Of a DNA stretch of 64,000 bases, positions 1 to 13,200 are shown in pieces. The first letter of the stretch is position 1; every line of letters starts with the position of its first letter. The notes below the pieces were generated by a model. The model saw only the letters and a program-made list of their open reading frames with translations, had not been told where the DNA came from and did not search any database. Both the position numbers and the translations under genes were made by a program. This stretch comes from a virus (taxonomy: Duplodnaviria; Caudoviricetes), in the IMG/VR virus record IMGVR_UViG_3300035498_000621, positions 64,001 through 128,000 of that record. One strand, given 5' to 3'.

Positions 1-27
1 TTCCTAGGTTGTATGCCTTTATTTTTT

Positions 28-210
28 TTAAATTATATAATAAAAGTCTTTTCTATTTAATATATCTAAATTATTTGCATCACACCAAAAATCTTTATTA
101 TTAAAAACTAAAATATTTCTACCATAATCCCATTTAAATATTCCTTCGAAATTAGGAAGTTTTATTAATTTTCCTAATTTTGCTTTAGGTATTATTTCAA
201 AATATGTCAT
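28..210 (-). CDS. small hypothetical protein (60 aa)
   Basis: ORF track; its ATG overlaps the TAA of the upstream giant gene (TAATG at 212-208); ends TAA. Confidence 0.7.
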   Translation of the reverse strand: MTYFEIIPKAKLGKLIKLPNFEGIFKWDYGRNILVFNNKDFWCDANNLDILNRKDFYYII

Positions 211-3200
211 TATTCCTATGATTTTCTATATATTGCATGTCCAGTATCTTTAGCAGATCTGCCAAAACCAGTATTATCAAATATTAAATACTTCCAAGTT
301 TTTTTACCCATAAGTACTTCACCAGTTTCTTTAAGCACTTCTACAGGAGTAGAATAAAATGGAGGATTCATATTTTCTCCAAAAAATTGTATAACATTAA
401 TTGGGCCTTTAAATTGATCATATGATCTTGAAGATGATTTATATAAAATTTCAGTTACTAAATTCTATAATACTGGATTATCTTTCATTCCTTTTTTATA
501 TTGTTTGTATGCTGGGTCTACTGCAAATTTAAATAAAGCTGCTAATAAGAATGACATAAGTATATCAGAAATTAATTTTCTCATATTAGCTTTAGCAACA
601 TCATTTCCTTTTATATATTGATATGTAGCTTTTATTCCATCTTGCTTACACATTCGAGCAGCATCAATAACCGTGTACATAATACCTTGCATAAGTATAG
701 GAACATTTTTAAGAACAGGAACACCTGTATCTTCGGTAGTTTGTCCGCCATCTTCTGTAAAGAATAAAGGTCTACCTTGCTCATCTGTGTCTTGTTCTGA
801 AAATAATTTAGATACACCATTTTTTTGAGGTTTCATAAAATATGTATTTACAATACCATTCATCCAAGTAGTAAACATACCAAATAAAGTTCCTAAACAC
901 ATATTTTCAGACATTGCTTTTTTACCTTTATCGTATGAACCATATATATTATCACCAACTGCACGAATACTCATAATTTCTCTATTAGAATATGGAGTTG
1001 GAAGGTCACCATCAGGTTCTATTGGAGATTCGGGGTGTTCCTAATTATATTCACGTATTTTAGATAAATATAATGAACGTTGTTTTTTATAATCAGGATG
1101 ATTAACGTCTTTAGCTGCTAATCTGTCAAATCGTTTATCTTTTTTCCAATCATAAACAAGGTTATTATCATCATCAATACTATATGCATCCCATACGCCA
1201 TCATGCATACATTTAGCTACAAATAAAGTCATTCTATTTAAAAAATCAGGACTTCTTAAAGTTCCATACATCCAATTATCATAATTAAAAATACCATTAC
1301 GACCAGATTTTGCTCTTTCTGTAATACGACCTACATCAGTATTAGACAAACGATATTTTAAACATAATTTACTTAATAAATTAACTGCCATAGCATTAGA
1401 TGTAGCATGAGTCATAACATATTGATATGCTTTTCTAACAGAAGCAGGATCAATATCTGTATTTAATTTAATAAGAGAACGAATAAAATTTTGTTGAATA
1501 CCTTCAAAGGCATCTCTAAACATTGAAACTACATTACCTCCAAGAAGCATATTAGTTACTACATGTTTAACAGGTTGTACATATCCAACAATTGCTTTTT
1601 CAGTTTTACTCATAATAGATGTATTAAATACATTTACTTTTAAATAGTCTTGTATATATTTAACTTCTTTTTCGACTACTTCTTCATTTCCAGCAAAATT
1701 TCCAGTTAAATGTAATTGTAAAAGTAAAGCTTTAGAGGTAACAAGAAGTTTATTAAGTTGAACAGTTGAAATATGTTTAGCTAGAAAATCTATCATAATA
1801 TTTTCAACATTTGTTTCAAAAAATTCTGGACCATATCCATTTTTTCTATCTAACATTTGTGCCCTCTTTTTAGCAATTTCTGTAGTAGAACTATTACTAA
1901 ATGGAATGCTAACTGAAAATGGATTTGTTAAAGTCATTTTATAAAATTTATCATTATCATTTCCTAAAAGTTCACGTTCTTCTTCAGTAAGATTATTAAC
2001 AAATTCATCAAATGCTTCACTAGCTTTTGTCATTCTTTTCCATGTATTTTTCATTTTAGCAGTAATTGCTTTTGCACTCTATCTAGAAGTAGCTTTTGAT
2101 GCTCTTTCTAATGGAACCCACAAATATTCTTCATGAGCTTTTATATATTCAGGAAGTCTACTATCATTAAAATCATAAGGAAATTTTCCATTATGAGTAA
2201 TCTATGCAATTTGATACAATATTGGTTTAAGCAATTCTCTTTCATGAGGTTTTAAATCATTAGACATATCATATGGATTTTTAAATATCATAAGATTTTC
2301 TCCAGTCATTGTATCTCTTTGATATAAATTATTATACTATTGAGCCTAATTACCAATAGACATATTCTATGCAGCAGTATATCCTGTTTCAGAATAGAAT
2401 TTATCAAATATTGGTCTAACATCTTTATCAAATGTACTTAAGAATTCCGAAGCAATAGTATCATGTGTAATTTGCAAATTGTTAACGACTATTCTAATAT
2501 TTGGATCAGGTACAGTAGCAGCTGTAAACAAATTTTTATTAACTGGATCAAGTTCAGTCTAATATGTAGGAGTTTCTCCAGATAAATTAAGATATGCTTT
2601 TGTTACTAAATCATATAAAATAGCCATATTTCTAGTTTGAGCACTTCCTTCTGTTAAAGTAGTCTTAAAATATTCAGGATCAGCAAATCTTTTATGTATA
2701 TCAAGAATTTGTGTCATTATATATTGCAATGCTTTCATTTGTTCATATTTAGTTTGAGCATTTTCAAGCTAATCAAATCCAAATTCTTCATATTCTGCTT
2801 TTACTTTGTCTGATTTTTTATCAACAATTTTAAGATATTCTTCTAAAATAGCTTCAACAGGATCTACAAATTGAGCAGCTCTAAAATTATTTTCTATTTT
2901 TAATTCATTATTTTCTACAATAGAAATAATAGGCTAAAAATATGTTTTATTAAAATGTGCAATATCAAATTTTCTAAAACTAGAACCTTCAATAGAACTT
3001 AATACTCCTAATGTTCCTAATTTTACATCACCTAACTAAGGTAAAATTTCATTAAGAAGTTCCATTGTTCTTACAGCTTCTATATTACCATAATCACCTC
3101 TTAAATCATTATATTCACCATCAAATTTATGACTTCCTAAAATATTTGTACCTTTTTTAAATCCAGCCTAAGTATTTAAATCAAATGCTGTTAATGATAT

Positions 3201-4772
3201 AATATCAACTACATTATCTTCATTTTCAAAAATAAGTACATTAGCATCAATTAAATCTTTTTTCAATTTCCAACCAGATTCTACAATTTTTCCTTCTGAA
3301 TCTAATTTAGGTAAATATTTATTAAATACTGCATTTAATGTAGTAGCAGAACCTCTTAAACCTTGTATTTTATCAAACATTGGAAATCCATGGTCATAAC
3401 TACTTTCAATTGCTTCTTTTAAACGTTGAGTAGAATAACCTTTTGCATCATCTAAATCAGAAATATATTGCTCTACAACTTTACGTATTTCTTCATTATT
3501 ATTTTTAGATTTAGCTGACTTAATTGTGTGTACAGTTCCATTTATAATAACATCGTAAGCATGATCAGGTTCTCCAACTTCTTTAATTACTAACTATTCA
3601 GTTCCAGTTGGATCAATATTAGGAGCAGCTTTAATCCATGCTCTAGCTGATCTTGCAATACCTTCTGTTCTTATATTAAATTCTGGAAATATTGCTTTAT
3701 TTACTTCATCAGCTCGTTCTATAGGCTTATCAGAAATATGAAAAGGAATAGTAGAACTTTTTATAAAAGCTTTTGCTTGATTTTCAAATTTATGCATCGC
3801 ATATTCAGCATTACTGTGTCTAGTTGAATATACTTTAGTTGGATGAATTGTAACTTTATTTACTTTAGAATAATCTGTATTATATTCTAATTGTACTGGA
3901 ATAATATTAAGAGTCATATTATTAACTTTTAATCCTTTACTAGCTAACATTTGTTTAAGAAATGCAAGTTGATATTTATATTTTTCCTCTTTTGTATTAG
4001 CCCATGTTTTTGGATCAGAAGCTGTAGTTTTAAATAAATAAAGATGTAATGTTCCATCTTCTCCGACAAATAGATAATCTATATGTCCAAGAATTTCTTC
4101 ATCCAATCCTTTAATTTTAGTAATAAGATTAATATTTTTAAAAGCTTTACTTCCACTAATTTTTCCTTTTTCTTTTTTATAAGTATTTTTTAATTCATTA
4201 AATAATTCTGTAAGTACACCAACACTATTTAAAGATTCAGGAATATCATTTTTAACGCTATTTATAAAATCTACATCAGTAGCTGTTTTATTTTGTATAT
4301 TTTCATTTACAAATAGTTTATGTAAAGCAAAAGAATCTTTTTGTATTTGTTCCCAACTTTTTATTATTTCAGCAACTTTTTTCTCTGCTAATTCTCGATC
4401 CATATCTTTAGATAATATATCTATTTGTCTTTTTATATAGTCTTCTCTATTAATAGGAGTAACAAGACGATTACCAGAAGGAAGAGTACAAGATTCACTA
4501 TCTATAAAATCAAGAATAGTTTTAGCTCCTTTTACTTGTGGTTCTCCATTTACTAATGAAGAAACATTAGCTGCTATATCAATTTTAGGAACATATTCAG
4601 CTTTTAATTCTTTAATTTTTTCTATCTATGCTGTTTGAGAAGCAACTCTACTATATACTATATCTGAAATCTTAAGCTTTTTAAAATCAAGATTTAATGT
4701 ATCTAAATGATTTAATAATTCAGTATATGAATTAAATGTCTATCCTTTTAATATATATTTACAATTAACCAT
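210..4772 (-). CDS. giant virion cargo protein (1520 aa, code 15) with degenerate PD-(D/E)xK nuclease-like domain
   Basis: Starts MVNCKYILKG(TAG); fragments 3594-4403, 3168-3380, 1041-2054 and 465-974 are in one frame and end at TAG; TAA at 212-210; motif GHIDYLFV..LYLFK..YKYQLAF at about 3950-4090. Confidence 0.85.
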
Positions 4773-7209
4773 AACATTGTTCTTTTATTTCACCTTCTCT
4801 AATTTGTTTAGAAATCCAATTTGAATACATACGTGATGTTTTTGTATTTGCAAAATCTAATCCTTTTGTCTAAAGTAATTGAGCTACATCAGAATTAAAT
4901 CTTGTAAATACAGATTCAATAGTTTTACCATAAAAGGATTGTAAATCATCTATTTCATTATTAAATATTATTTTAGTAGCATCTTTCATAAATCTATCCT
5001 AAGATATAAATATTTGTCTTAAATTTGGATCTATAGTTCCCATAACATAATTACTAAATTTTTCAACAAATATTTCTTCCATAAGATCCATTTCAGATAC
5101 TTCATTATATTTTCTTCTAAATCTATCTATTTCTTCTTTAGATAATTTACTTGCAACTAAATACATTAATTGTTCATAATTTTTTCTTAAATTAGGATCT
5201 GTTTTTAATACTCCTAATATTAAGTGAGAATATTCATGAAGTAAATCTGAAGATGATGCAATTGTAGTATTTATATAAATTTCATCATCTTTAATAAATG
5301 CTTTAGATGTATTAGCATTTATTTCTGGAAATTTTTTAGATATTTCTTCTGCTGATAGCATATTTATTTGTACTTTAAAATTTTCTTTAAGTACATCTGA
5401 AATTGCATTCATTAAAAGAATTATTGGAGTTCTTTTCTATTTTTTATATTCATCAATTTTAATAGCATCAGTAGGAATAATTCTATAATAATTTTTATTT
5501 TTACCTTTAATAAAACCTTTAGATTCAATATAATATGCTTTTTTAGGAGCATTATTAATCATATCAACAATTTTCTACATTGTAGAATCCTATCCAGTAC
5601 GTTCTCCAGATGGAACAAGTTCATTTAATTTATAAATAAATATTGTAATTTTTTCAGCATTATCTACTGTTTTAAAAATATTATTTTTAGTTTCTTCTGA
5701 AATATTCCATCCATTTACAATTTTTTTAAATGATGATAAATTTTGTCTGTCTTCTCTAAAAAGTCTATCTTCTCCATTTAGAATTCTAGTTCCTTCAACA
5801 ATAGGAACATCTAACGATTCTATAATAGATCCAACAATTAATGATTGTGAAGTATATAAAGTATATGAATCAAGTTCATCAGTATATTTTATTTGACCAT
5901 CATCATCTTTATAACGATCTCTATATTTAAATTCAAGAAATGCATTCTTTTTAATATCCTATTTTTCAACAGCACTGTCAATATATTTTCTTACCTCTTC
6001 TTCAGAATCATATTTTTTAACTTGATGTTGTTCAGTAAGATACCCTCTAGATGGAATAAATACTTCTTTTTCATTTTCTAAAAATTTATATATTTTATAT
6101 CCTTTATAATCTTCTTTATTAATTATGTCAAATGTATGAATAGTATCATATGAAATTCCATATTTTGATAAAATTGATCTAGGAACAGATTTTAAAAGAA
6201 TTCCTTGATTTGAATTACTTACATATTCTAAAGTAAAGTCAGGTTCTGCTGAAAATAAAGATTGTAATAATGTATAATATCCATATGATTCTTCATTAAC
6301 TTCATCAAATACTTTTGATAATTGTTCTTTTGTTTCTGATGCTGGTTTAGAAAAGAAATTATTAAATTTAGTTTTAGTATCTAATTTTAATTTTTCTAAA
6401 ATTTCTGGATGATAATTTTTTACTGCTGCAAATAAACCATCTAAAGTTAAATATTTTTTATTATTATCAAGATGTGTTATTTGAAGATTAATTGTATTTA
6501 CAAATTCGTCAGAATATGATATTCTATTACTATACTATAAAATAGTATTTAATGTTTTAGTTAAAATAGAATATGCACTACGATTATCTATATATATATC
6601 TTGATATTTACTTCTATTATAATGAAAATCTAGCATTAAATCAAAAATATTATCAATTTTTTTATTATTCTTATCAACTTTTTTATTTTTTTCAATAAGA
6701 ATTTTTTGTAAATCTTGATAATAAGCAGAAGTTTCATCAAAATTAAAAGATTGTTCTTCTAATTGCTATCGCACTCTTAAAAATTCAGCTAATTTCTAAA
6801 CATCTTCTTTAGTACCTTTTACTATAAATAATTCCTTACCTTGTGAATTTATAACTCTATTATAAATACTTCCGCCTTTTGTTGGTAATGTTAATTTATC
6901 TATTAACAATATATTAGCGTCTACATTTTCAGGAAAATCTACAGTATCAAATTCATGTTTTAAAAAATCTAAAGTACAATTTCCTATTAATCCTTCTTTA
7001 TTAATAATATTATTTAAAGAAACTTCTCCTAATTTAGATTGCTTATATAATTTATTATAAATTGAATCACATAATGTTGTATGCTTATCTTTATTATTTA
7101 TAAGAGCGTTTAATATGTCTTGATCAGTAAGTGTAGAAGGATCTGAATCTGTTTCCAGATCCAGATCTATTTCTTCTCCACCAACTGTAAATATTACTTT
7201 ACATTTCAT
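4765..7209 (-). CDS. virion cargo protein with zincin-like HExxH metalloprotease domain (814 aa, code 15)
   Basis: Starts MKCKVIF (ATGA overlap with the RNAP stop); fragments 6796-7215 and 4999-5412 in frame; LLHEYSHLILG...EEIFVE; TAA at 4767-4765. Confidence 0.85.
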
Positions 7210-10200
7210 TTGCAAATTTTCTATAATTGTATTGTACCTTGTCTTAATAACTAATTAATGGCATCTATAGTTTTATCAGTAATATTTCTTAAATTATCAA
7301 CTAGTTTATTAACTGTTTCTGAATAAACTCCTCCAAGAGTGAAATAACTGTTCTAATTATATATTCTAGCTAATGTATCATCTTTTGTTTCGCCATCAAC
7401 TTTAGGAACTATTTCACCAAATGGAACATATCTACCATTTTGTCTAATCATAAGAACTGGTCCATCTTCGGTATTTACTATAATAGTTGGATCTTTCTAT
7501 CCAATTTCAGAATTAACTATAGCAGCAGCTTCTTTCATCAAGTCAATAATACTAATTTGTAAATCTTTTTCTGAACCTTTATAGTCTAAATCTCCAACAA
7601 ATTGTAGATATTTTTTTATGAGTGAAAGTTGTCCAGTATTCTATATAAATGAATCAAATAATGTAGTCATTCTATCTGAACCATATTGATTTTTATTTGT
7701 AATTAAATTATATAAAACAAATATATCAGATAAAGATATACCATTTATTTTAATTTTCTATAATTCCTATAATCCTTTTATATATTTCTAAAATTTAACT
7801 TTACTATTAGGAGAATTTTCAATAGTAAGCATATCTATATCACATTTATATAAAGGCATATCGTGATCATCTCCGTTTATTAAAGACTATATAAATTCAT
7901 TGCTCATTAAAGATTTATCCTCAACTACAATATATTCTTTTTTATTTCCTTTTTTCTAAATATCAATATATTTTCCTTGTTTAAGCATTGGAATTATAGA
8001 ATTTTCAAATAACTATTTAAATGATGCTATATCACTTAAAGAATTAAATTCTATTTCTCCATCTTGTGCAGCTGGAATAACCTATCTTAATTCATTTAAA
8101 AGGCTAGATCCTTTTTTATATGGAATTTTAATATCTAACTGATTTACAAACTTAGCAATAATAGCATTATCTATTGCTTTTAATAGTCTAGTTTGCCATT
8201 CTTTAGACATATATCCAACTTTATATTCACCTTCTTTTAATTCTTTATAAACAACATCAAATTTTTTAGTTTTAATAGAAATATTATGATCAATATCTAG
8301 TACAGCTGAAAAAATTTCAAAAATACTATGAAATTGAGGAATCTAATCTATTATTTCAAAAATATTAATACACAATTTAACTTTATCATATCTATCTATT
8401 ATTTGTTGTTTATATTCTTCATCAGTGAATAATTTTTTAACATCGAGAAGTTCACCTTTAATTCCCATTTTCTCTTCTCTATCACTTAATATTTTTTGTA
8501 TAAATTGAATTCTTTCTTGTAAATCAGCTTTTGAAGTAGGTAATCCTTGATTAAATCCAAGAAGTCGTCCAAAATTACTAAATTCATTTGCTCCTTCAAA
8601 GATATTTTCAAATTCATCTATATCTTGTGGAATACTATTTAAAATTTCTTCTCGAATTTCTTCTTTGTTTCTTTTAGTAGCTTTATATATTGCTTCTACT
8701 TCAGTATCTATTACTGATTCTAATATATATTTAATTTCTTTAATAGCATTTAAAGCATTTTCGAATTCAATAAATTCTTTACTACCTTTTGGAAAAGTAT
8801 TTTCAATTCCTTCAGTAATGCCTTGTTTTAATTTCTTTTTAATTTCAGAAGTATTGTCAAGATTATTAAGTTTAGATAAAGTTCTATTGCTTAAAAATGA
8901 ATAATAATAATCTTTATAGTTACCTCTTGCAATTTTTATTGCATCTTGAATACTAAGATTCTATCCAGTAAATATATTTTGTTCTGTAATTGTATCAATA
9001 AATGATACTATAGGACTAGTCATAAATTTTACAATATCTTTAATATCGAATCCTAAAGTAACCATAAATAAATACATTTTAGCTAATTTATTACCCGCAT
9101 TAACCTTTGCTAATATTAGCTCTTTTGCATTCAATTTTGTTAATCTTATACTTTCATATAAGTTCAGACCATATCTTATTCTTAAATATTTAAGAATCCT
9201 CGCACTTCGGAATTACAATTCCTACTCTACTAAGTTCAGAATAAATTCTGCTTTTCGATGGTCGTTGCTCCTTTTTCCTTTTATAGGAAACTTGGATCAG
9301 GATTGTCCAATCTTTAACCTTATTACCATACCTGAATAATTACTTCAGCCACATAATATATTACTATTTATGCTTGGTAGTTAAAGCTCTAAGGATTTTC
9401 CCTGAGTTCACGAGGTATTTTATCCTACAGACTCTGCTTGTAATACATCTAAGTATTTGAGCTTATAATACATAGATGGCAGCATATATGGAAAAATTAA
9501 TTTTTCAAACTTTAGTCTTGATTCAGATTTAATATATATTTGAAATTGATTTAAATTATGTTGAATAGTACAATTTATTCCCCATTTTTTGATTAACCAC
9601 ATACATAATAGTTCATTTTCTTTCAGAGAAAAACAATGAGTAGCAAATATTCCATTATAAGTTCCATCATCCATAAACCAATATGCTAATGCTATAGGAT
9701 GATGTATTGTATCAAGATATTCTTGAGTTAAAACTTTTTTATTGTTAGGATAAAGTTCATTGTATATTTTAGTAAAAACAGGATGGGATTTACTATTTCC
9801 TCTCCATGACTTATATACTTTTCCTGTTCTAGTATCTAGATTTGATGTGTACAATTTATATGATCCCATAAATTCTCCAAGAATTTCAACTTTCTTAAGA
9901 AATAATTCTTCTTGTTTATTACTATGTACTAATGCAAGTCTAGAATTTGTATGTCTATTAAAAGTAGGGTTAGATAAATTTAAATCCCCTAATAAACTTC
10001 CTCTAATAAATTGGTCTTGAATTTCTGATAGAAATTGCTCAGTTTGAGAAAAATTTCTTATAATATTAAATTTTCCAGCATTTTCTCCTTTAGTTCTATA
10101 AGTTCTTATAGTAAGTTCTTTTACTCCAAAGTATTCTGCAATTTCTTTATCAGATTTACCTTCATTCCAAAGTTTTTCAAAAGTATCTTGATCTATTTGT

Positions 10201-13200
10201 TTTACATATTTTTTCTTTTCAATTCCAAATCTTTCTTTTAAGTATTTACTTACTGTTTGGTTTCCAATACCTAATTCTTTTGCAATTTTTAAATTGCTTA
10301 ATCCTTGATCATAAAGTTCTTTAATTTTCCCAATTGTTTCTTCAGAAATTTTTTTCATAATTGTATAATTTTTATTATATACAAATATAATATTACTTTC
10401 TGAATTAACCAAATAATTATTGCTGCTTACGAAAATCTGTAGCTGCAGAAAGAATTTGAGAAATCATCAAATCCACAGTAATATCTCCTGTTAATCTTGT
10501 ACCATATTTTTCCCTTAATCTAAGATCTATTCCTTCAAAATTAACATCTGGCAATGTATTTATTTCTATTGGTATTATATTTCCAGAAGCTCTACCTCTA
10601 ATTCTAGTTGTTTTAAAACCAAATAATGATTTTTTAACTTTATCAGCATATGGTTTTAAATCCTAAAAAAGTTTCTTTAACTCTGGAATATCACTATACC
10701 GTTTATCTTCTTCTATATCCTTTTGATAATTTTCATTTGTTAAATATTCTAAAACATTTATATATTCATACTATATTTTAGAAACTTTATTAATATTATC
10801 TATTATTGAATTAGATTTCTTCTAAAGAGCAATAACATCAATATTAGTTTTTTGTATAACATCATTTAAATAATAGTGCCACATAAAAGAAGCTTTTTCA
10901 CCATTAGCTGCAATACCAATTACATTTTTACCAGTAATATTTTGATATTGCATTAATAATTTAGTAGCAGGATTAAATAGAGTCATTTTTGAAGATTGTT
11001 CACCTTTAGGACTTGCTTCAGAAGCATCTCTAAATATTTCCATGTCAATAGGAGAATAAGCTCCAATCATATTTCTAAGATTCTAAACTGTATTCTAAAT
11101 ATGTGAAGAAATAAAGTTTTTACTAGCATCTTCTGTTAAACTTTGTGGAACTTGAGTAAATTCATGCATACGTAAATTTGCTAAAACTTCTGCTCCTTCC
11201 TATGTTGTATAATAAATATCTGTAATATTATTATTATTTAAATAATTTATTAATTTAACATATCCTTCTATTCTTTCAACTGCTGTTTTTGCACTAGCAA
11301 TATCTACAACAAAAGAATCAATATTAAATCCATATTCAACTTTATTATAAATTTTTCTTTTTGGCATTGGAAGATATTCAGAAGCCTTTATTGTATCTAT
11401 AGAACTATAATCAAATAAACTACTCCAGCCAACATATTTGCCATTTCCGTCAAATGACAAGCCCATTATGTACGCTTTGTCTATATCGTAATCGCTTCCT
11501 TGTACATTTTGTTATCTTAAGAGCTCTTTATCTCTTAATTCTACAGTTTGTTGTTAGGTTATACTGTAAGTTCAGACTATATCTTCATCTAATCTAAATA
11601 ATTAAGATTAGAGTCGGGCACTCATGGAGAAAATTATTGTTAGGCTCATTTCTCTAGTCGTTGAACCTTCTAAGCTCCTTTATCCTAAGCTTAGCTTGGC
11701 TGCTGATTGTCCACCTCTGGAGTTCCCAGCAATTCACCCGATTTAGACTTGGCAACAAGTACTTGCGATAATAATGTTTCTAAATAATCTTTTTTATATA
11801 AATCTTTATAACATATTACATATAATTGTTTATTATGTTCTTTACACCAATTTACTTTAATATTATCTTTTTCTTGTTGTTCTAATAAAAAAGATTCACC
11901 TCCAAACTTTTCATTAATTTCATAATGTTGTTTGCCTTGTATTTCTATTAATATATCAAATTCTGGCAAATAATAATCAAATCGAAGTTTATCTTTATAA
12001 ACACAATCATCAAATGTCTTTTGTGATTCATATAAAATTCCATATTTATCACAAAATCCAGCAAAATAAGCTTCTAGAGCTGAACTATATTTAGATATTA
12101 ATCCAAATTCAGCATTTAAATCTGGAAGTCTTATTCCATAATAATTAAGTAAACTAGAATTAATATTATAATTTTTTAATATAAGTATTGAAACATATTC
12201 TCTAGTATTTACAATTATATGTTTTATTTTATTTACAATAAATTCTTTTTTATCGGCATTTGAAATTTTACTTATATCTTCATTAAAATCATATTTCAAT
12301 GGTTCTAATACAATATTAGATATATCATCATCTGAAAGATGAGTTTTAACTTTAAGATTTAAATTTAATTCTTTAATATATTTTCTAGCTGTAGTTGGAG
12401 CACATCCAACTTTTTTAGCTACTTCATATGCCGATAAGCAATTTGGAGTAATTTTAATTATATCTTCTTTTAATTTTTTATATTCTTTGTCTCTATTACT
12501 TTCAACATTATATTTATTTAATATATTTTTTATAGTAGTTTGAGATTTATATCCTAATTTTGAACAAATATCTTTAACTGATATACCAGATTGATATAAA
12601 GATATTATTTCTTTTTTATAATCTTCAGCAGTAGGTTTTACATACTTAATATTATATTTTTTCTTATATGTAGTAAGTGTGGTAGTACCTATTCCTAATT
12701 CTGCACAAATATCTGTATTTTTCATTCCAGATTCTACTAATTCTTTTAATTTTGCTATTAATTCGTCAGTAATTTTTGTTGGTGATTTTCTTTTTGTTTC
12801 CATATAAAAATTTTATATAAGTTTAATATTAATAAGCAAATATAATATTTTTATAAATTACTTCCAAATTTGTCAATGGCGATTATTTTATTTTACCAAG
12901 TTTGCCAGTGACTAACAAAACACTGATTAGAAGCAACTCCCGTAAATCCTACATTCCTCATCTGCATAAATGACTGTAAAGTTTGAGCAGGAATACGTGA
13001 TGCGGTAAATTCTTGTGCTTTCTTAAATGATATAAACTATTTATGTGCTAATTTATCTATATATTGTCCTAATATTTTAGATTTCATACGATTACTATAA
13101 GTAACATAACCATCTTCAGCTTTACCAGAATTTACTAAATCTATTAATCCCTTAATTCTGTTTTCGCCATCCTATTTACCTCTAATATATTCAAGCAAAT

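Larger units (their letters stand above)
9132..10434 (-). mobile_element. group I self-splicing intron A in the RNAP gene (1303 nt, with P5abc extension)
   Basis: 5' exon ends in U (GCUACAGAU), intron ends in G (ACAAAAUUG); IGS GUCUGUAG (9425-9432) gives an 8-bp P1 with U.G; P AACUCAGGGAA, Q AAUCCUGAUC, R GCAACGACCAUC, S AAGAUAUGGUCU (GACCA/UGGUC P7); excision restores the frame and the ATD|NAK motif. Confidence 0.93.
11505..12894 (-). mobile_element. group I self-splicing intron B in the RNAP gene (1390 nt, phage IA-like core)
   Basis: 5' exon ends ACUUGGU, intron ends ACAAAAUG; IGS GCCAAGU (11747-11753) gives a 7-bp P1 with U.G; adjacent CUUGU can pair with 3' exon ACAAG (P10); P AAUUGCUGGGAA, Q AAUCAGCAGC, R GUUCAACGACUAG, S AAGAUAUAGUC; splicing rebuilds Leu codon T|TA before QGSDYDID. 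Confidence 0.95.

Noticed and set aside
1-30. Terminator at the window edge
   Set aside because: Only one arm and a T-run are visible; cannot be confirmed
9132-12894. Inteins or free-standing endonuclease genes splitting the RNAP into separate subunits
   Set aside because: The ORFs have their own starts and stops and lack intein termini, while U|...G boundaries, P1 and P/Q/R/S elements define group I introns
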